Source: Acidobacteriota bacterium (GTDB lineage: Bacteria > Acidobacteriota > UBA4820 > DSQY01). From it: 45,795 bases of DNA. The position numbers and the translations under genes are program-made. The stretch lies in the NCBI GenBank assembly GCA_049967655.1, contig JBMFSH010000021.1, positions 1 to 45,795 of the forward strand, written 5' to 3'. Under the pieces are notes generated by a model. That model made no database searches and had not been told where the DNA came from. It saw only the letters and a list, made by a program, of their open reading frames with translations. Shown here one piece after another: positions 36,285-45,795 of this stretch (position 1 is the first letter of the stretch; each line of letters begins with the position of its first letter).

Positions 36285-36986
36285 TTGCACGGCATGGACT
36301 TCACCCCACAAGGCATTCTTACCATCGTTTTGCAGGTTCTCATCATCCTGTTCTCCCTCTCGGTTCACGAGAGCGCGCACGGCTGGATGGCCGACAAGCT
36401 CGGGGACCACACCGCCCGCATGCTGGGCAGGATCACCCTGAACCCCATCCCCCATATCGACCCGCTGGGAACCATCCTTCTCCCCGCGGTCATGGCCTTT
36501 TTGGGAGGGCCGATCTTCGGGTGGGCCAAGCCGGTGCCCGTGATCAGCCGCAACTTCAAGCACGTTCGTCGCGACGGGGCCCTGGTGGGAGCCGCGGGGC
36601 CCATTAGCAACCTGCTCCTGACCCTGCTCACCACCCTGATCCTGGGGACATTCCTGTTTTTCATGCCGGCCGCGAGCCTCTTCGATCAGCTAGGCACCCG
36701 CTACAGCGGTCCCTGGTGGGTCCTCCAGCTGGGCATGATCAACCTCGTCCTCGCCACCTTCAACCTCATCCCCATACCGCCTCTGGATGGTTCCTGGATC
36801 CTCTCCGCCATCCTGCCGTACGGCGTCCACCGGTTCTACGAGGGAATCCGCCGGTACGGTCCCATCCTCCTGCTGTTGATCTTCTTCACGCCCCTGCTCA
36901 ACTTCGTCCTGCAACCCCTGTTGGAGGTCACCTCCTTTCTTTTCATCTCTCTGCCGCTGCACATCATGGCCGCCATGGTGGGGTGA
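36285..36986 (+). CDS. Site-2 protease (M50) family metalloprotease
   Basis: HESAH, GRITLNPIPHIDP, GWAKPVP, AAGP, NLIPIPPLDG. TTG start 7 nt after AAGGAG. Confidence 0.93.
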   Translation: MHGMDFTPQGILTIVLQVLIILFSLSVHESAHGWMADKLGDHTARMLGRITLNPIPHIDPLGTILLPAVMAFLGGPIFGWAKPVPVISRNFKHVRRDGALVGAAGPISNLLLTLLTTLILGTFLFFMPAASLFDQLGTRYSGPWWVLQLGMINLVLATFNLIPIPPLDGSWILSAILPYGVHRFYEGIRRYGPILLLLIFFTPLLNFVLQPLLEVTSFLFISLPLHIMAAMVG

Positions 36987-37051
36987 GAGGGGCCCGGAGT
37001 CGCCACCGCCCAGGGCAGCCGTGTATAATCGGGACATGGAGGGGTGTCCCT

Positions 37052-37834
37052 TTGCCGAGTGACGACATGGCGCTGGCCTCGGACCGCGCCGCTGCATCCC
37101 AGGCCTCCCTCGTCCGCAGCTTGATGACCCATACCGTGATGGCGGCGGGGGTCCTCATCCTCGGCCCCTTCGCCATTCTTCTCTCTCCCTTCAGCCGCGG
37201 GGACATGGTCCTGTTTCTCGCGCGGATTTGGTCCCGCTCCATCCTGTGGGTGGCGGGCGTCCGCCTGGAGATCGAGGGCATCGAAAAGATGAAGCGAGAC
37301 GAAGCTCGGGTGCTGGTGGGAAACCACACGAGCAACTTCGACATCTACGTTATGATCTTGGCCCTCAAGGACCACCGCTTCCGCTTTACTCCGAAGAAGG
37401 AGCTTCAGTGGGTGCCTGTGCTCGGCTGGGCCCTCTGGGCGAGCCGCTTCCCCTTCATCGACCGGGGACGGAGCCAGAAGTCCCTTCAGACCATGAAGAG
37501 GCTCGCGGAGCGCATCCGCAGAATGGGCATGAGCCTCGTCTTCTTCCCAGAGGCCACGCGCAGCACGCGCAATGAGCTGTTGCCATTCAAGAAGGGCCCC
37601 TTCGTGCTGGCCATCGACGCCGGCGTTCCGCTCGTACCCTTCGTCATCCACGGTGCGCGCAGGGTGCAGGGGCGCCACGCCTTCTCGGTGCGCCCGGGCA
37701 CCATCCGCGTCAGTTTCCTGGAGCCGATTCCCACCGAAGGTCTAGGGTATGAGGATCGAGACGACCTTCTCCTGCGGGCGCGAAGGGCCATTCTGGAAGA
37801 ACTCGGGGAGGAGAAGGCGAAGGGGATCTCGTAA
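37052..37834 (+). CDS. plsC: 1-acyl-sn-glycerol-3-phosphate acyltransferase (PlsC family)
   Basis: NHTSNFD, KKEL, FIDR, FFPEATRS, PFKKG. TTG 37052 follows GGAGG, with TATAAT at 37024-37029. Confidence 0.88.
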   Translation: MPSDDMALASDRAAASQASLVRSLMTHTVMAAGVLILGPFAILLSPFSRGDMVLFLARIWSRSILWVAGVRLEIEGIEKMKRDEARVLVGNHTSNFDIYVMILALKDHRFRFTPKKELQWVPVLGWALWASRFPFIDRGRSQKSLQTMKRLAERIRRMGMSLVFFPEATRSTRNELLPFKKGPFVLAIDAGVPLVPFVIHGARRVQGRHAFSVRPGTIRVSFLEPIPTEGLGYEDRDDLLLRARRAILEELGEEKAKGIS

Positions 37835-37931
37835 GATGAGGTCTGCGTGCCGTGCGACGAGCACTAGCAACAAGAGAGCAAAGAGTGCGGATCCCATGAT
37901 GATGAAAGACACGCTCGCCGCGAACGGCCCG

Positions 37932-37959
37932 CTCGGTTCTCAGCCCTCGGTCCTCGGAC
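37932..37959. repeat. 4x7-bp tandem repeat
   Basis: CTCGGTT CTCAGCC CTCGGTC CTCGGAC. Confidence 0.65.
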
Positions 37960-37990
37960 CTTTCGTCGCGCTTTCCGGGAGGCATCAGCC

Positions 37991-39142
37991 ATGATTCTCT
38001 ACTTCGATCCCTTCATGGGAATGGCCGGCGACATGACCGTGTCCGCCCTCGTGGACGCTGGGGCGGCGCCCGAGGCCGTCAACGGCGCTTTGGGACGACT
38101 CGGCTTGGGGGGCTTGGCCTTCCGCTTCCAAAAGGTGCGCAGGCAGGGCCTGGCGGCCACCTTCGGCCGCGTGGAGGTGCCCGCTGAGCACGGCCATCGA
38201 GGCCTCTCGTCCATACTCTCGCTCATCGGAGGGGCGGGGTTGCCCGCAGCCGTTTCGGAGAGGGCCTGCGAGGCTTTTCGAAGGTTGGGCGAGGCCGAGG
38301 CGAAGGCGCACGGAGTCGGCGTGGAGAAGGTGCATTTCCACGAGGTGGGTGCGGCGGACGCCATCGCCGACATCGTGGGCGCGTGCGCCGCCTGGGAGTC
38401 CCTCGGTCGGCCGGAGGTGGAATGCGGCGCCATGAACCTGGGCAGCGGCTTCACCACCATGGAACACGGCACCTTCCCCGTGCCGCCTCCGGCGGTGGTG
38501 GAGATATTGAAGGGCGTACCGGTCTTCAGCGCCGGCGCGCCCCTGGAGAGGACCACGCCCACCGGCGCGGCCCTGGCCGTGACGCTGGCCCGTCGGTTTG
38601 GCCCGCTGCCCCGGGGGAGAATCGCCGGCGTGGGGTACGGCGCCGGCTCCCACGACTCAGAAGGCGCCCCCAACGTTCTGCGGGTCCTGCTCGTGGCCGA
38701 GGAGCCGACGGACGGAGCGGTGGCCGTCATCGAGACCCAGGTGGACGACACGAGCCCCGAGCTTCTGGCCGGGGCGCTGGAGGCAATCCGGGCGCAGGGG
38801 GCGCTCGACCTCTTTCTCACTCCCGTCGTGGCCAAGAAGGGCCGACCGGGCTGCCTCGTCACGCTACTCTGCGGCGTAGGAGAAGAGAGCCGCTTCTCGA
38901 ACCTCCTCCTCGAGCACACGACCACCACCGGGGTGCGCTTCACCCGGTGGGAGCGGCGAGAGCTGCCCCGGGAGGTCGTGTCGGTCGCCACGCCCCGCGG
39001 CCCCGTGCGAGTGAAACGGATCACGGCGCCCTCCGGCGCGCGGCGCTCCCACGTCGAATGGGAGGACCTCCGCGCCCTCAGCGAAACGACCGGCGTGCCC
39101 GCCCTGCTCCTTCTCCAGGAGCTGGAGCCCTTCTTGAAATGA
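37991..39142 (+). CDS. larC: Nickel pincer cofactor biosynthesis protein LarC
   Basis: LYFDP..GMAGDM, VHFHEVGAADAIADIVG, HG.FPVPPPA, TPTGAA, ETQVDD, KKGRPG, TTTGVR. Confidence 0.92.
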   Translation: MILYFDPFMGMAGDMTVSALVDAGAAPEAVNGALGRLGLGGLAFRFQKVRRQGLAATFGRVEVPAEHGHRGLSSILSLIGGAGLPAAVSERACEAFRRLGEAEAKAHGVGVEKVHFHEVGAADAIADIVGACAAWESLGRPEVECGAMNLGSGFTTMEHGTFPVPPPAVVEILKGVPVFSAGAPLERTTPTGAALAVTLARRFGPLPRGRIAGVGYGAGSHDSEGAPNVLRVLLVAEEPTDGAVAVIETQVDDTSPELLAGALEAIRAQGALDLFLTPVVAKKGRPGCLVTLLCGVGEESRFSNLLLEHTTTTGVRFTRWERRELPREVVSVATPRGPVRVKRITAPSGARRSHVEWEDLRALSETTGVPALLLLQELEPFLK

Positions 39143-39235
39143 GGCGATCGCGCCGCTCCGAGCTCCCCTCCTCGAATCCCACCTTCATCAGGCTCTCCGG
39201 CCGTCGCGCCGGATGATCCCCGGGGAGGCCCTGCC

Positions 39236-40231
39236 ATGCGCTTCCGCCAGTCCCCCGCCACCTTCACCGTCGAGGAGCTGCCGCTCTTCGCTCCGAGCGG
39301 CCGGGGAGACCACCTCTACCTCACGGTGCGCCGCTCGGGGATGTCCACCCCCTTTCTCCTAAGGGAGCTCCAGCGCCGCCTCCGCCTGAAGGAGGAGGAT
39401 GTGGGCTGCGCGGGGATGAAGGACCGGGACGCCGTGTCGGTGCAGGCCCTCTCCCTGCCGAGGCACGCCGCCCCACGGGCCGAGCGCGTGCTTCGGGAGC
39501 TGGGCTGCGAGGTGCTCTCGGCGGTCCAGCACCCCCACAAACTTCGGACCGGCAAGTTGGCCGGAAACCGCTTCTCCATCCGCGTCGAACTGGAGGGGGG
39601 CGGTGAGGAGGAAAAGCTGGCCGCGGGGTGCCGCCGCATCGAGGTCCACGGCCTCGCCAACGCCTTCGGCCCCCAGCGTTTCGCCGACGGTTCGGCCATC
39701 GAGGAGGGGCGGAGGAGCTTTCTGGGCATCCGGCGCCCTGGGGCCTTCCGCCGGTCGCGCTTTGCCGTCTCGGTCTTCCAGGCTCTCCTCTTCAACGAGC
39801 TGCTGGCCCTTCGGCGGATGCGAGGCCTTTGGCCCTGGCCCTTGCCCGGCGACCTCATGAAGCGGCACGACTCGGGCGGCGAGTTCGTGGCACAGGAGGT
39901 GGACGAACCCCTCCGAAATCGGGTGGCTCTCCTGGAGGTTTCCCCCACGGGGCCGATTTTCGGAGGCAAGATGGCCCGCCCCGAAGGAGAGGCCTGGCGG
40001 CTGGAGTGCGGAGTTCTGGCCTCCCACGGCCTGACTCCCGGCAGCCTGGGCGCGTCTCGTGTGCCCGGCACGAGGCGGTTCCTGCGGGTTCCAGCGGGTC
40101 CCATCGCGCTCAGAATGGAGGAGGGCACGGCGTTCCTCTCCTTCGAGCTGCCGCCCGGCTCTTACGCCAGCGTGCTCCTTCAGGAGCTGGGCGTGGAGGT
40201 GGTGCGCCCCGAGAGGCCCGAGAGGCAGTGA
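39236..40231 (+). CDS. truD: tRNA pseudouridine(13) synthase TruD
   Basis: [16 protein letters not shown] (catalytic Asp), [30 protein letters not shown]. Confidence 0.9.
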   Translation: MRFRQSPATFTVEELPLFAPSGRGDHLYLTVRRSGMSTPFLLRELQRRLRLKEEDVGCAGMKDRDAVSVQALSLPRHAAPRAERVLRELGCEVLSAVQHPHKLRTGKLAGNRFSIRVELEGGGEEEKLAAGCRRIEVHGLANAFGPQRFADGSAIEEGRRSFLGIRRPGAFRRSRFAVSVFQALLFNELLALRRMRGLWPWPLPGDLMKRHDSGGEFVAQEVDEPLRNRVALLEVSPTGPIFGGKMARPEGEAWRLECGVLASHGLTPGSLGASRVPGTRRFLRVPAGPIALRMEEGTAFLSFELPPGSYASVLLQELGVEVVRPERPERQ

Positions 40232-40246
40232 CATCCTCAGCCTTCT

Positions 40247-40274
40247 TGTCCCCTATCCCTTGTCCCCTGTCCCC
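40247..40274. repeat. 4x7-bp tandem repeat
   Basis: TGTCCCC TATCCCT TGTCCCC TGTCCCC. Confidence 0.75.
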
Positions 40275-40364
40275 ATCCCGTCCCGGTGCGCACTCCAGCG
40301 GCACGTTTCCCGCCGACCGTCATTTTGCGATAGACTGAATACGAAATCGATCAAGGAGAAAGCC

Positions 40365-42635
40365 ATGCCGACCATCGAAACCACCCCCGAGCTGGTGGCC
40401 CGGACCTACGATCGGACGGCCGCAGCCCTGGCGGTCATCCGGCGACGCCTGGGGCGCCCTCTCACTTACGCCGAAAAGCTTCTCTACGGACACTTGGACA
40501 ACCCTGAACTCGCCGAACTGGAGCCCGGCAAGAGCTATCTCGCCCTTCGGCCAGACCGGGTGGCCATGCAGGACGCCACGGCCCAGATGGCCATCCTTCA
40601 GTTCATGCAGGCGGGCAGACCGAGCGTGGCGGTGCCCACGACGGTCCACTGCGACCACCTCATCCGCGCCCACGCCGGTGCCGGACCAGATATGAAGACG
40701 GCCCTGGACGAGAACCGCGAGGTCTACGAATTCCTCGCCTCCGCCTCGGCCAAGTACGGGATCGGATTCTGGAAACCGGGCGCGGGCATCATTCACCAGG
40801 TGGTCTTGGAGAACTACGCCTTTCCCGGCGGCATGATGATCGGAACCGACAGCCACACTCCCAACGCGGGCGGGCTCGCCATGTGGGCCTCGGGCGTGGG
40901 GGGCGCCGACGCCGTGGACGTGATGGCCGGGTTCCCATGGGAGGTGCTGCATCCGAAGATCCTGGGGGTGCGCCTCACGGGCGCTCCCTCCGGCTGGACC
41001 AGCCCCAAGGACGTGATTCTCAAGCTCCTGGGCCTCCTCACGGTGAAGGGAGGGACCAACCGCGTGGTGGAGTACTTCGGTCCCGGCGTCAGGGCCCTCT
41101 CTTGCACGGGCAAGGGTACGATCACCAACATGGGCGCCGAGCTGGGCGCCACCACGTCGGTCTTTCCCTACGACGAACGCATGGATGCCTACCTCCGCGG
41201 CACGGCCCGGACGGCGCTGGCCAACCTGGCCCGGAAGCGCCCCGAACTGCTGGGCGCCGATCCCGAGGTGGAGCTCGAACCGGCCCGGTTCTTCGAGCAG
41301 GTCATCGAGATCGACCTCTCGAAGCTGGAGCCCCACGTCACGGGACCCCACACCCCGGACCTGGCCCGGACTACCTCGGAGCTGAAGGCCGCCGTTTCCA
41401 AGGAGGGGTACCCGGAGGCCCTGACCTTCGCTCTGGTCGGTTCCTGCACCAACTCCTCCTACGAGGACATGGGCCGCGCCGTCCAGGTGGCACGCCAGGC
41501 CTCGGCGCGCGGCATGAAGACCGCGGTGCCGCTGATGGTCACCCCCGGGAGCGAGCAGGTCAGGGCCACCATCGAGCGGGACGGACAGATGGCCGCCCTG
41601 GAGGCCATCGGCGCCACGGTCCTGGCCAACGCCTGCGGCCCCTGCATCGGCCAGTGGAAAAGAGATGACCTCAAGCCGGGAGAGAGGAACTCCATCATCT
41701 CCTCCTTCAACCGCAACTTTCCGCGCCGCAACGACGGCAACCCCAGCACCCTCTCCTTCCTTACAAGCCCCGAGCTCGTGGTGGCCTACGCCCTGGCGGG
41801 CCGGCTGACCTTCAACCCCGTCACCGACAAGCTGAGGGCTCCCGACGGCTCGGAATTCGTTCTGGAAGCGCCCGGCAGCGCACCCGATCTTCCGGAGAAG
41901 GGTTTCGTGAGGGACACGGCGGGCTACGTTCCTCCGGCCGCCGACGGTTCGGCGGTGGAGGTGAAGGTCGCCCCCGACAGCGGACGCCTCCAGATCCTCA
42001 CCCCCTTTCCCGCGTGGGACGGCAAGGACTTCACGGAGCTTCCCCTGCTCCTGAAGGCCAAGGGAAAATGCACCACCGACCACATCTCTCCGGCCGGACC
42101 CTGGCTCCGCTTTCGCGGCCACCTCGACAAGATCAGCGACAACATGTTCAACGGGGCGGTCAACGCCTTCACGGGCGAGCCGGGGAAGGGGCTGAACCAG
42201 CTCCTTGGCCGGAAGGACGAGCCCTTCGCCCAGACCGCCAGGGAGTACAAGGCCAAGGGCCTGCGTTGGGTGGTCGTGGGAGACGAGAACTACGGCGAGG
42301 GCTCCAGCCGGGAGCACGCGGCCATGTCCCCGCGTTTCCTGGGCGCGGCTGCGGTCATCGCGCGCTCCTTCGCCCGGATCCACGAGAGCAACCTCAAGAA
42401 GCAGGGGATCCTTCCGCTCACTTTCGCCAATCCGCGGGACTACGACAAGGTCGAGGAGAGCGATCGCATCAGCATCCTGGGGCTTCGGGAGCTGGCTCCG
42501 GGCAAGCCGGTGCGCGCCGTTCTGCACCACGCCGACGGCACGGGCGAGGAGGTCCAGCTCCGCCACACCATGAGCGCGGAACAGATCGAGTGGTTCAAGG
42601 CGGGCAGCGCCCTGAACGTGCTGAAGGCCTACTGA
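40365..42635 (+). CDS. Aconitate hydratase, mitochondrial-type
   Basis: [75 protein letters not shown]. Confidence 0.96.
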   Translation: MPTIETTPELVARTYDRTAAALAVIRRRLGRPLTYAEKLLYGHLDNPELAELEPGKSYLALRPDRVAMQDATAQMAILQFMQAGRPSVAVPTTVHCDHLIRAHAGAGPDMKTALDENREVYEFLASASAKYGIGFWKPGAGIIHQVVLENYAFPGGMMIGTDSHTPNAGGLAMWASGVGGADAVDVMAGFPWEVLHPKILGVRLTGAPSGWTSPKDVILKLLGLLTVKGGTNRVVEYFGPGVRALSCTGKGTITNMGAELGATTSVFPYDERMDAYLRGTARTALANLARKRPELLGADPEVELEPARFFEQVIEIDLSKLEPHVTGPHTPDLARTTSELKAAVSKEGYPEALTFALVGSCTNSSYEDMGRAVQVARQASARGMKTAVPLMVTPGSEQVRATIERDGQMAALEAIGATVLANACGPCIGQWKRDDLKPGERNSIISSFNRNFPRRNDGNPSTLSFLTSPELVVAYALAGRLTFNPVTDKLRAPDGSEFVLEAPGSAPDLPEKGFVRDTAGYVPPAADGSAVEVKVAPDSGRLQILTPFPAWDGKDFTELPLLLKAKGKCTTDHISPAGPWLRFRGHLDKISDNMFNGAVNAFTGEPGKGLNQLLGRKDEPFAQTAREYKAKGLRWVVVGDENYGEGSSREHAAMSPRFLGAAAVIARSFARIHESNLKKQGILPLTFANPRDYDKVEESDRISILGLRELAPGKPVRAVLHHADGTGEEVQLRHTMSAEQIEWFKAGSALNVLKAY

Positions 42636-42663
42636 GACGGATTCTCTCGCACCGAAGCGAGGC

Positions 42664-42701
42664 AGGACGGGGCCGGGGCATCCCGGCCCCTCTCCCGTCC
42701 T
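42664..42701. terminator. GC-rich hairpin between convergent aconitase and oxidoreductase genes
   Basis: GGGGCCGGG-GCAT-CCCGGCCCC with outer AGGACGGG/CCCGTCCT. No clear U tract. Confidence 0.5.
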
Positions 42702-45579
42702 ACTGAAGATCTGACGGGGGACGGTCCGTGCGGCGCTTCGGAGGCTCGGTTCTCTTGGCGGGACATGGCGCGCCGGAGATTCCGGGCGCCTCCATTCCCA
42801 GCGCCCGGGCCAGCAGGGTGAGGGGGTGAATCACCGGCCAGGAGAGGTGGCTCTCGTCCTGGGTCTTGCACGACCCGCAGGGCGTCACGACGGCCTGGGG
42901 CGAAGCGCGCCGTATCCGCTCGTAGAGGGGCGCGGCGATGGTCTCCGACAGTCCGGCGTTCCTGGACTCCGCCCCAAAGGAGCCCGCCAGGCCGCAGCAC
43001 TCTGCCGTCACATCCAGCACCTCCAGCCCTGGTATTCGTTTGAGCAGTTCTACCTCGTCCTTGAAGCTCCCGAGAACGGCACCGTGGCAGGGAGTCTGGT
43101 AGACCACGCTTAGGGGCACCGGCCGCAGCCTGTGGGGCTGTCTCTTGAGAATTCCCAGCAGGAAGGTGAAGAGGCCCGTGGAGGCCTGGGCGAGTTCCTG
43201 CGCTTCGCCGCACGGGAAGAAGCGCGGCTGCTCCTTGACGAGGGCGAGCAGGCACGAAGGGGCCGAGGCGACCAGCGAGAATCCCTCCCGGAGGTACGGG
43301 AGGAAGGAGCTTCGGTTGAAGAGGACGTCCGGCGCGGCGGCGTCCGCGAGCCCCCGGGTCAGCTTGCTCACGCCGCAGCAGGCCTGGGGAGGCACCACCA
43401 CCTCGACGCCCAGCGCGTGGAGGACGGCCACGGCCAGCTCCGCCTCGCCGCCGGGGTTGTAGGTGTTACCGTAGCACCCGTAGAAGTAGAGGGCCTTGCC
43501 CGCGCCATCACCGGGATAGTGGTAGAGGCGGCCCGGGTCGAAGGCGAACCTGCCCGCCATCTCTGGGGCGTGGAGGTCGTTCCTGAGCCCCAGCAGGGCT
43601 CCGTTCAAATGGCGAAGGGGGAAATGGCTCCCGGCCTTCAGGGCGAGCCGGCCCGTCCTCGCCCCGACCTTGTACCCCAGCGACGGAACCTGGCCGAGGA
43701 AGCGATCTCTGATGCGGTCGAGGGGGGGCGTGAACACTTCGCGGAAGGCGGCTGCGAGGGGGGCGATGTCCACCCCCGTGGGGCAGTGGATGGCGCAGAG
43801 GGAACAGCCGAGGCAGGAGTCGAAGATGGCTCGAACCTGCGGACTGGAGGCATCGCCACGGCTCATCTCCCCGTCCAGCAGGGCCTGCAGCAGGTGGCCT
43901 CGGCCGCGGCTCGAGAGCAGGTCGTGGTCGGTGGCCTGGGCCGTCGGGCAGAAATCTCGGCACGTTCCGCACCCGTGGCAGCGCTCGGCCTCGAAGGCCC
44001 AGGACTCTGCGGAGAGGCGCCCGGGCAGGGCGGCCCTCCGGTAGTCGGGGTGGAAGCGGAGGTCCGACTCCATGGGCTCGGGCTCCGATGGGGCGATGAT
44101 GCCTGGGTTCAGCACCTCGTCCGGATCGAGGGCCAGCTTGATCTGCCGGAAGAGCTCCGTGAGGTTCCCGTAGATCATCGGGAGGAAGGGGGTTCGCAGG
44201 CGTCCGTCGCCGTGCTCGCCGGACAGGCTGCCATGGAGGCCGGAGAGCAGCTCGGCAACCTCCCGGGCGATGAGCGGCACCTGCGCGAAATGGGAAGGGT
44301 CCTTCAGATCGAGGAAGGGGTTCACGTGGAAGTTCCCGTCGCCCGCGTGGCCGAAGATGACCGCATCGATCCGCCGGGAGGCCAGGATCTCCGACACCCC
44401 GTGCAGATAGGCCGGGATGGCCTCCGTGGGCACGGCACCGTCCTCGATGAAGCGCACCGACTTCAGCCGCCCCCTGCCCTTGTTCAGCAGAGGGCTGGCC
44501 GCCTTGCGGAAAGACCAGATGGCGGCCCGATCGGCGGCAGTGACGGCGCGGTGCACGCCGGTGGGGCGCGCCCATGCCGCGGCTTCGAGAAGGCGGTCCA
44601 TGCCGAGCTCTGCCTCCTCCCTCGTGGCGCCGTCCGATTCCACCAGGAGGATCGTTCGCGCCCCATCGTCCACGGGCAGCGGAAAGGTGCCCAGTCCGGC
44701 GCGGATGATCTCCAGAAAGGTGTTGTCCAGAATCTCGCAGGCCGAGGGCCCGCGCGGCAGGAGGTCCAGCACCGCCTGCCCGGCCGACTCCACGTCGCCG
44801 AATTCGAGCATGACCATGGATTGATGAAGGGGAACCGGGGTCAGGTCGAGAACGGCCTCGGTGAAGATGGCCAGGGTGCCTTCGGAACCGATGAAGAGCG
44901 GAACGAGGTCCACGAAGCCCGGCTCGCCCAGGCAACCCTTCAGGTTGTACCCCGAGGCGTTGGTCCTGCTCCTGGGCCACCGTTCGAGGATGGCGTTCCG
45001 CCTGCCCTCAATGAGTGCGGCGGCCTTGGCCAGGGCCGGGTGGCCGTATTCCTCCGGACGCCGGGCCCCGCGCTCAAGGGTGAGGTGGCTGCCGTCCGCG
45101 AGGATCAGGCCGAGGGCCTTCACGTGGCCGCTGGTGGTGCCGTACTTGACCGACCGGGCCCCCTTGGAATTGTCGGCCAGCATTCCTCCGATCGTGCAGA
45201 AGTCCTGGCTGGAGGGATCCGGGGCGAAGCGGAGAGAATGGGGGGCCAGGGCTCGGTTCAGGTCGGAGAGCACCACGCCGGGCTGGACGAGGGCCTCCCG
45301 GCGCTCCACATCCACGGATAGGACGCGGTTCATCCACCGCGAGACGTCGGCCACCAGGCCCCGTCCCACCGTCTGCCCGGCCAGGCCCGAACCGCCGCCT
45401 CGCATGGTCAGGGGAAGGCGGTTCTCCCTCGCGTAGGAGAGGCCCCACTGGAGGTCCTCTTCCGCCTTTGGAAACAGGACTCCGGCGGGGCGGCGCCTGT
45501 AAATGCAGGCCGCCCGCGAATAGACGGCCAGGTGGGCCGGATCTTGGTGGAAACTGCCCAGAGGCGGTGAACCTCGCAT
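42700..45579 (-). CDS. FAD-binding and Fe-S oxidoreductase (GlcD-GlcF/YdiJ-like fusion; putative D-2-hydroxyacid dehydrogenase)
   Basis: RGGGSGLAGQ, GSEGTL, GHAGDGNFH, GEHGDG; CHGCGTC..CP and CLGCSLC..CP; two CCG motifs. Confidence 0.92.
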   Translation of the reverse strand: MRGSPPLGSFHQDPAHLAVYSRAACIYRRRPAGVLFPKAEEDLQWGLSYARENRLPLTMRGGGSGLAGQTVGRGLVADVSRWMNRVLSVDVERREALVQPGVVLSDLNRALAPHSLRFAPDPSSQDFCTIGGMLADNSKGARSVKYGTTSGHVKALGLILADGSHLTLERGARRPEEYGHPALAKAAALIEGRRNAILERWPRSRTNASGYNLKGCLGEPGFVDLVPLFIGSEGTLAIFTEAVLDLTPVPLHQSMVMLEFGDVESAGQAVLDLLPRGPSACEILDNTFLEIIRAGLGTFPLPVDDGARTILLVESDGATREEAELGMDRLLEAAAWARPTGVHRAVTAADRAAIWSFRKAASPLLNKGRGRLKSVRFIEDGAVPTEAIPAYLHGVSEILASRRIDAVIFGHAGDGNFHVNPFLDLKDPSHFAQVPLIAREVAELLSGLHGSLSGEHGDGRLRTPFLPMIYGNLTELFRQIKLALDPDEVLNPGIIAPSEPEPMESDLRFHPDYRRAALPGRLSAESWAFEAERCHGCGTCRDFCPTAQATDHDLLSSRGRGHLLQALLDGEMSRGDASSPQVRAIFDSCLGCSLCAIHCPTGVDIAPLAAAFREVFTPPLDRIRDRFLGQVPSLGYKVGARTGRLALKAGSHFPLRHLNGALLGLRNDLHAPEMAGRFAFDPGRLYHYPGDGAGKALYFYGCYGNTYNPGGEAELAVAVLHALGVEVVVPPQACCGVSKLTRGLADAAAPDVLFNRSSFLPYLREGFSLVASAPSCLLALVKEQPRFFPCGEAQELAQASTGLFTFLLGILKRQPHRLRPVPLSVVYQTPCHGAVLGSFKDEVELLKRIPGLEVLDVTAECCGLAGSFGAESRNAGLSETIAAPLYERIRRASPQAVVTPCGSCKTQDESHLSWPVIHPLTLLARALGMEAPGISGAPCPAKRTEPPKRRTDRPPSDLQ

Positions 45580-45620
45580 CGTCCGGCTCCTTTAGGCTCT
45601 CCTAACGCCAGGGAGGATGG

Positions 45621-45649
45621 ATTATTTGCCCCTTCGGCGCCCAAGGCAA
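45621..45649 (-). promoter_or_regulatory. sigma70-type promoter of the FAD/Fe-S oxidoreductase
   Basis: TTGCCT, 17 nt spacer, AATAAT. Confidence 0.45.
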
Positions 45650-45749
45650 GCACCACCATAATCCCAAATTCCGCGATGGAAACGCGGGTGCCTTCGGCTA
45701 GTGTTCGGGTTCACGGGAGAAAGGCGTTGTCTCCTGGACGGGGAGGGCC

Positions 45750-45795
45750 ATGGCCTTGCCGCCCCGAACCGCGAGCGAAGCCCGACGGTTCGGGA
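45750..45795 (+). CDS. Possible 5' end of a divergent gene running off the right edge
   Basis: GGGAGGG SD then ATG; the frame is open to the window end. Too short to identify. Confidence 0.3.
   Translation, partial: MALPPRTASEARRFG

Noticed and set aside
37858..37890. CIRCE-like GCACT...GAGTGC upstream of larC
   Set aside because: Spacing is far longer than N9 and the flanks do not match. Better explained as part of the repeat/stem element.
37836..37994. 52-aa ORF overlapping the larC start (ATGA)
   Set aside because: No SD, atypical codon usage, and it runs through the heptamer repeats.
3348..40274. CRISPR array interpretation of the repeats
   Set aside because: Units are 7-8 bp, contiguous and lack spacers. 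No cas genes.
40365..42635. Eukaryote-to-bacterium transfer of the mitochondrial-type aconitase
   Set aside because: This subfamily is known in several bacterial phyla, and its codon usage matches the neighbours.
161..45321. Many long antisense or alternate-frame ORFs (e.g. 161-2125-, 6977-8959+, 21907-24384-, 31636-33330+, 40320-42566-, 43132-45321+)
   Set aside because: They shadow well-supported genes, have R/G/P/A-rich or mirror-codon composition and no motifs. This is expected from stop-codon scarcity at high GC.

Overview
GC-rich (roughly two-thirds G+C by eye), gene-dense core-genome region of a diderm bacterium. Diderm evidence: CpoB/YbgF, Slt, and the diderm-type insert in DnaK. The gene content suggests Acidobacteriota or a Myxococcota-like lineage, which is inference only. 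It holds about 40 CDS and one tRNA-Val(GAC): mutL, mazG, miaB, Trm112-like, rnj, MFS, transglutaminase-like, a stand-alone methylmalonyl-CoA mutase large subunit, hrcA-grpE-dnaK-dnaJ-cpoB-amgK-like, ruvB, slt, CNNM, thrS-infC-rpmI-rplT, FadF-like Fe-S protein, malic enzyme, BCP, EamA, ThiI-like, S2P protease, PlsC, larC, truD, mitochondrial-type aconitase and a FAD/Fe-S oxidoreductase. I found no transposase, integrase, prophage or CRISPR array. The most interesting signals are: (1) a GAF-like protein with a C-terminal domain resembling Myxococcus RomX, whose gene appears to overlap the lytic transglycosylase gene; (2) two DUF4388/PatA_N proteins, each with an inserted 24-5-24 MshEN-like (c-di-GMP-binding type) tandem motif; (3) four intergenic spacers with different 7- or 8-bp tandem-repeat tracts; (4) a ~250-nt nested-stem element between convergent genes; (5) a small Cys/His-rich Zn-finger ORF coupled to an EamA transporter. 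All functional calls come from motifs read by eye; no database searches were run.
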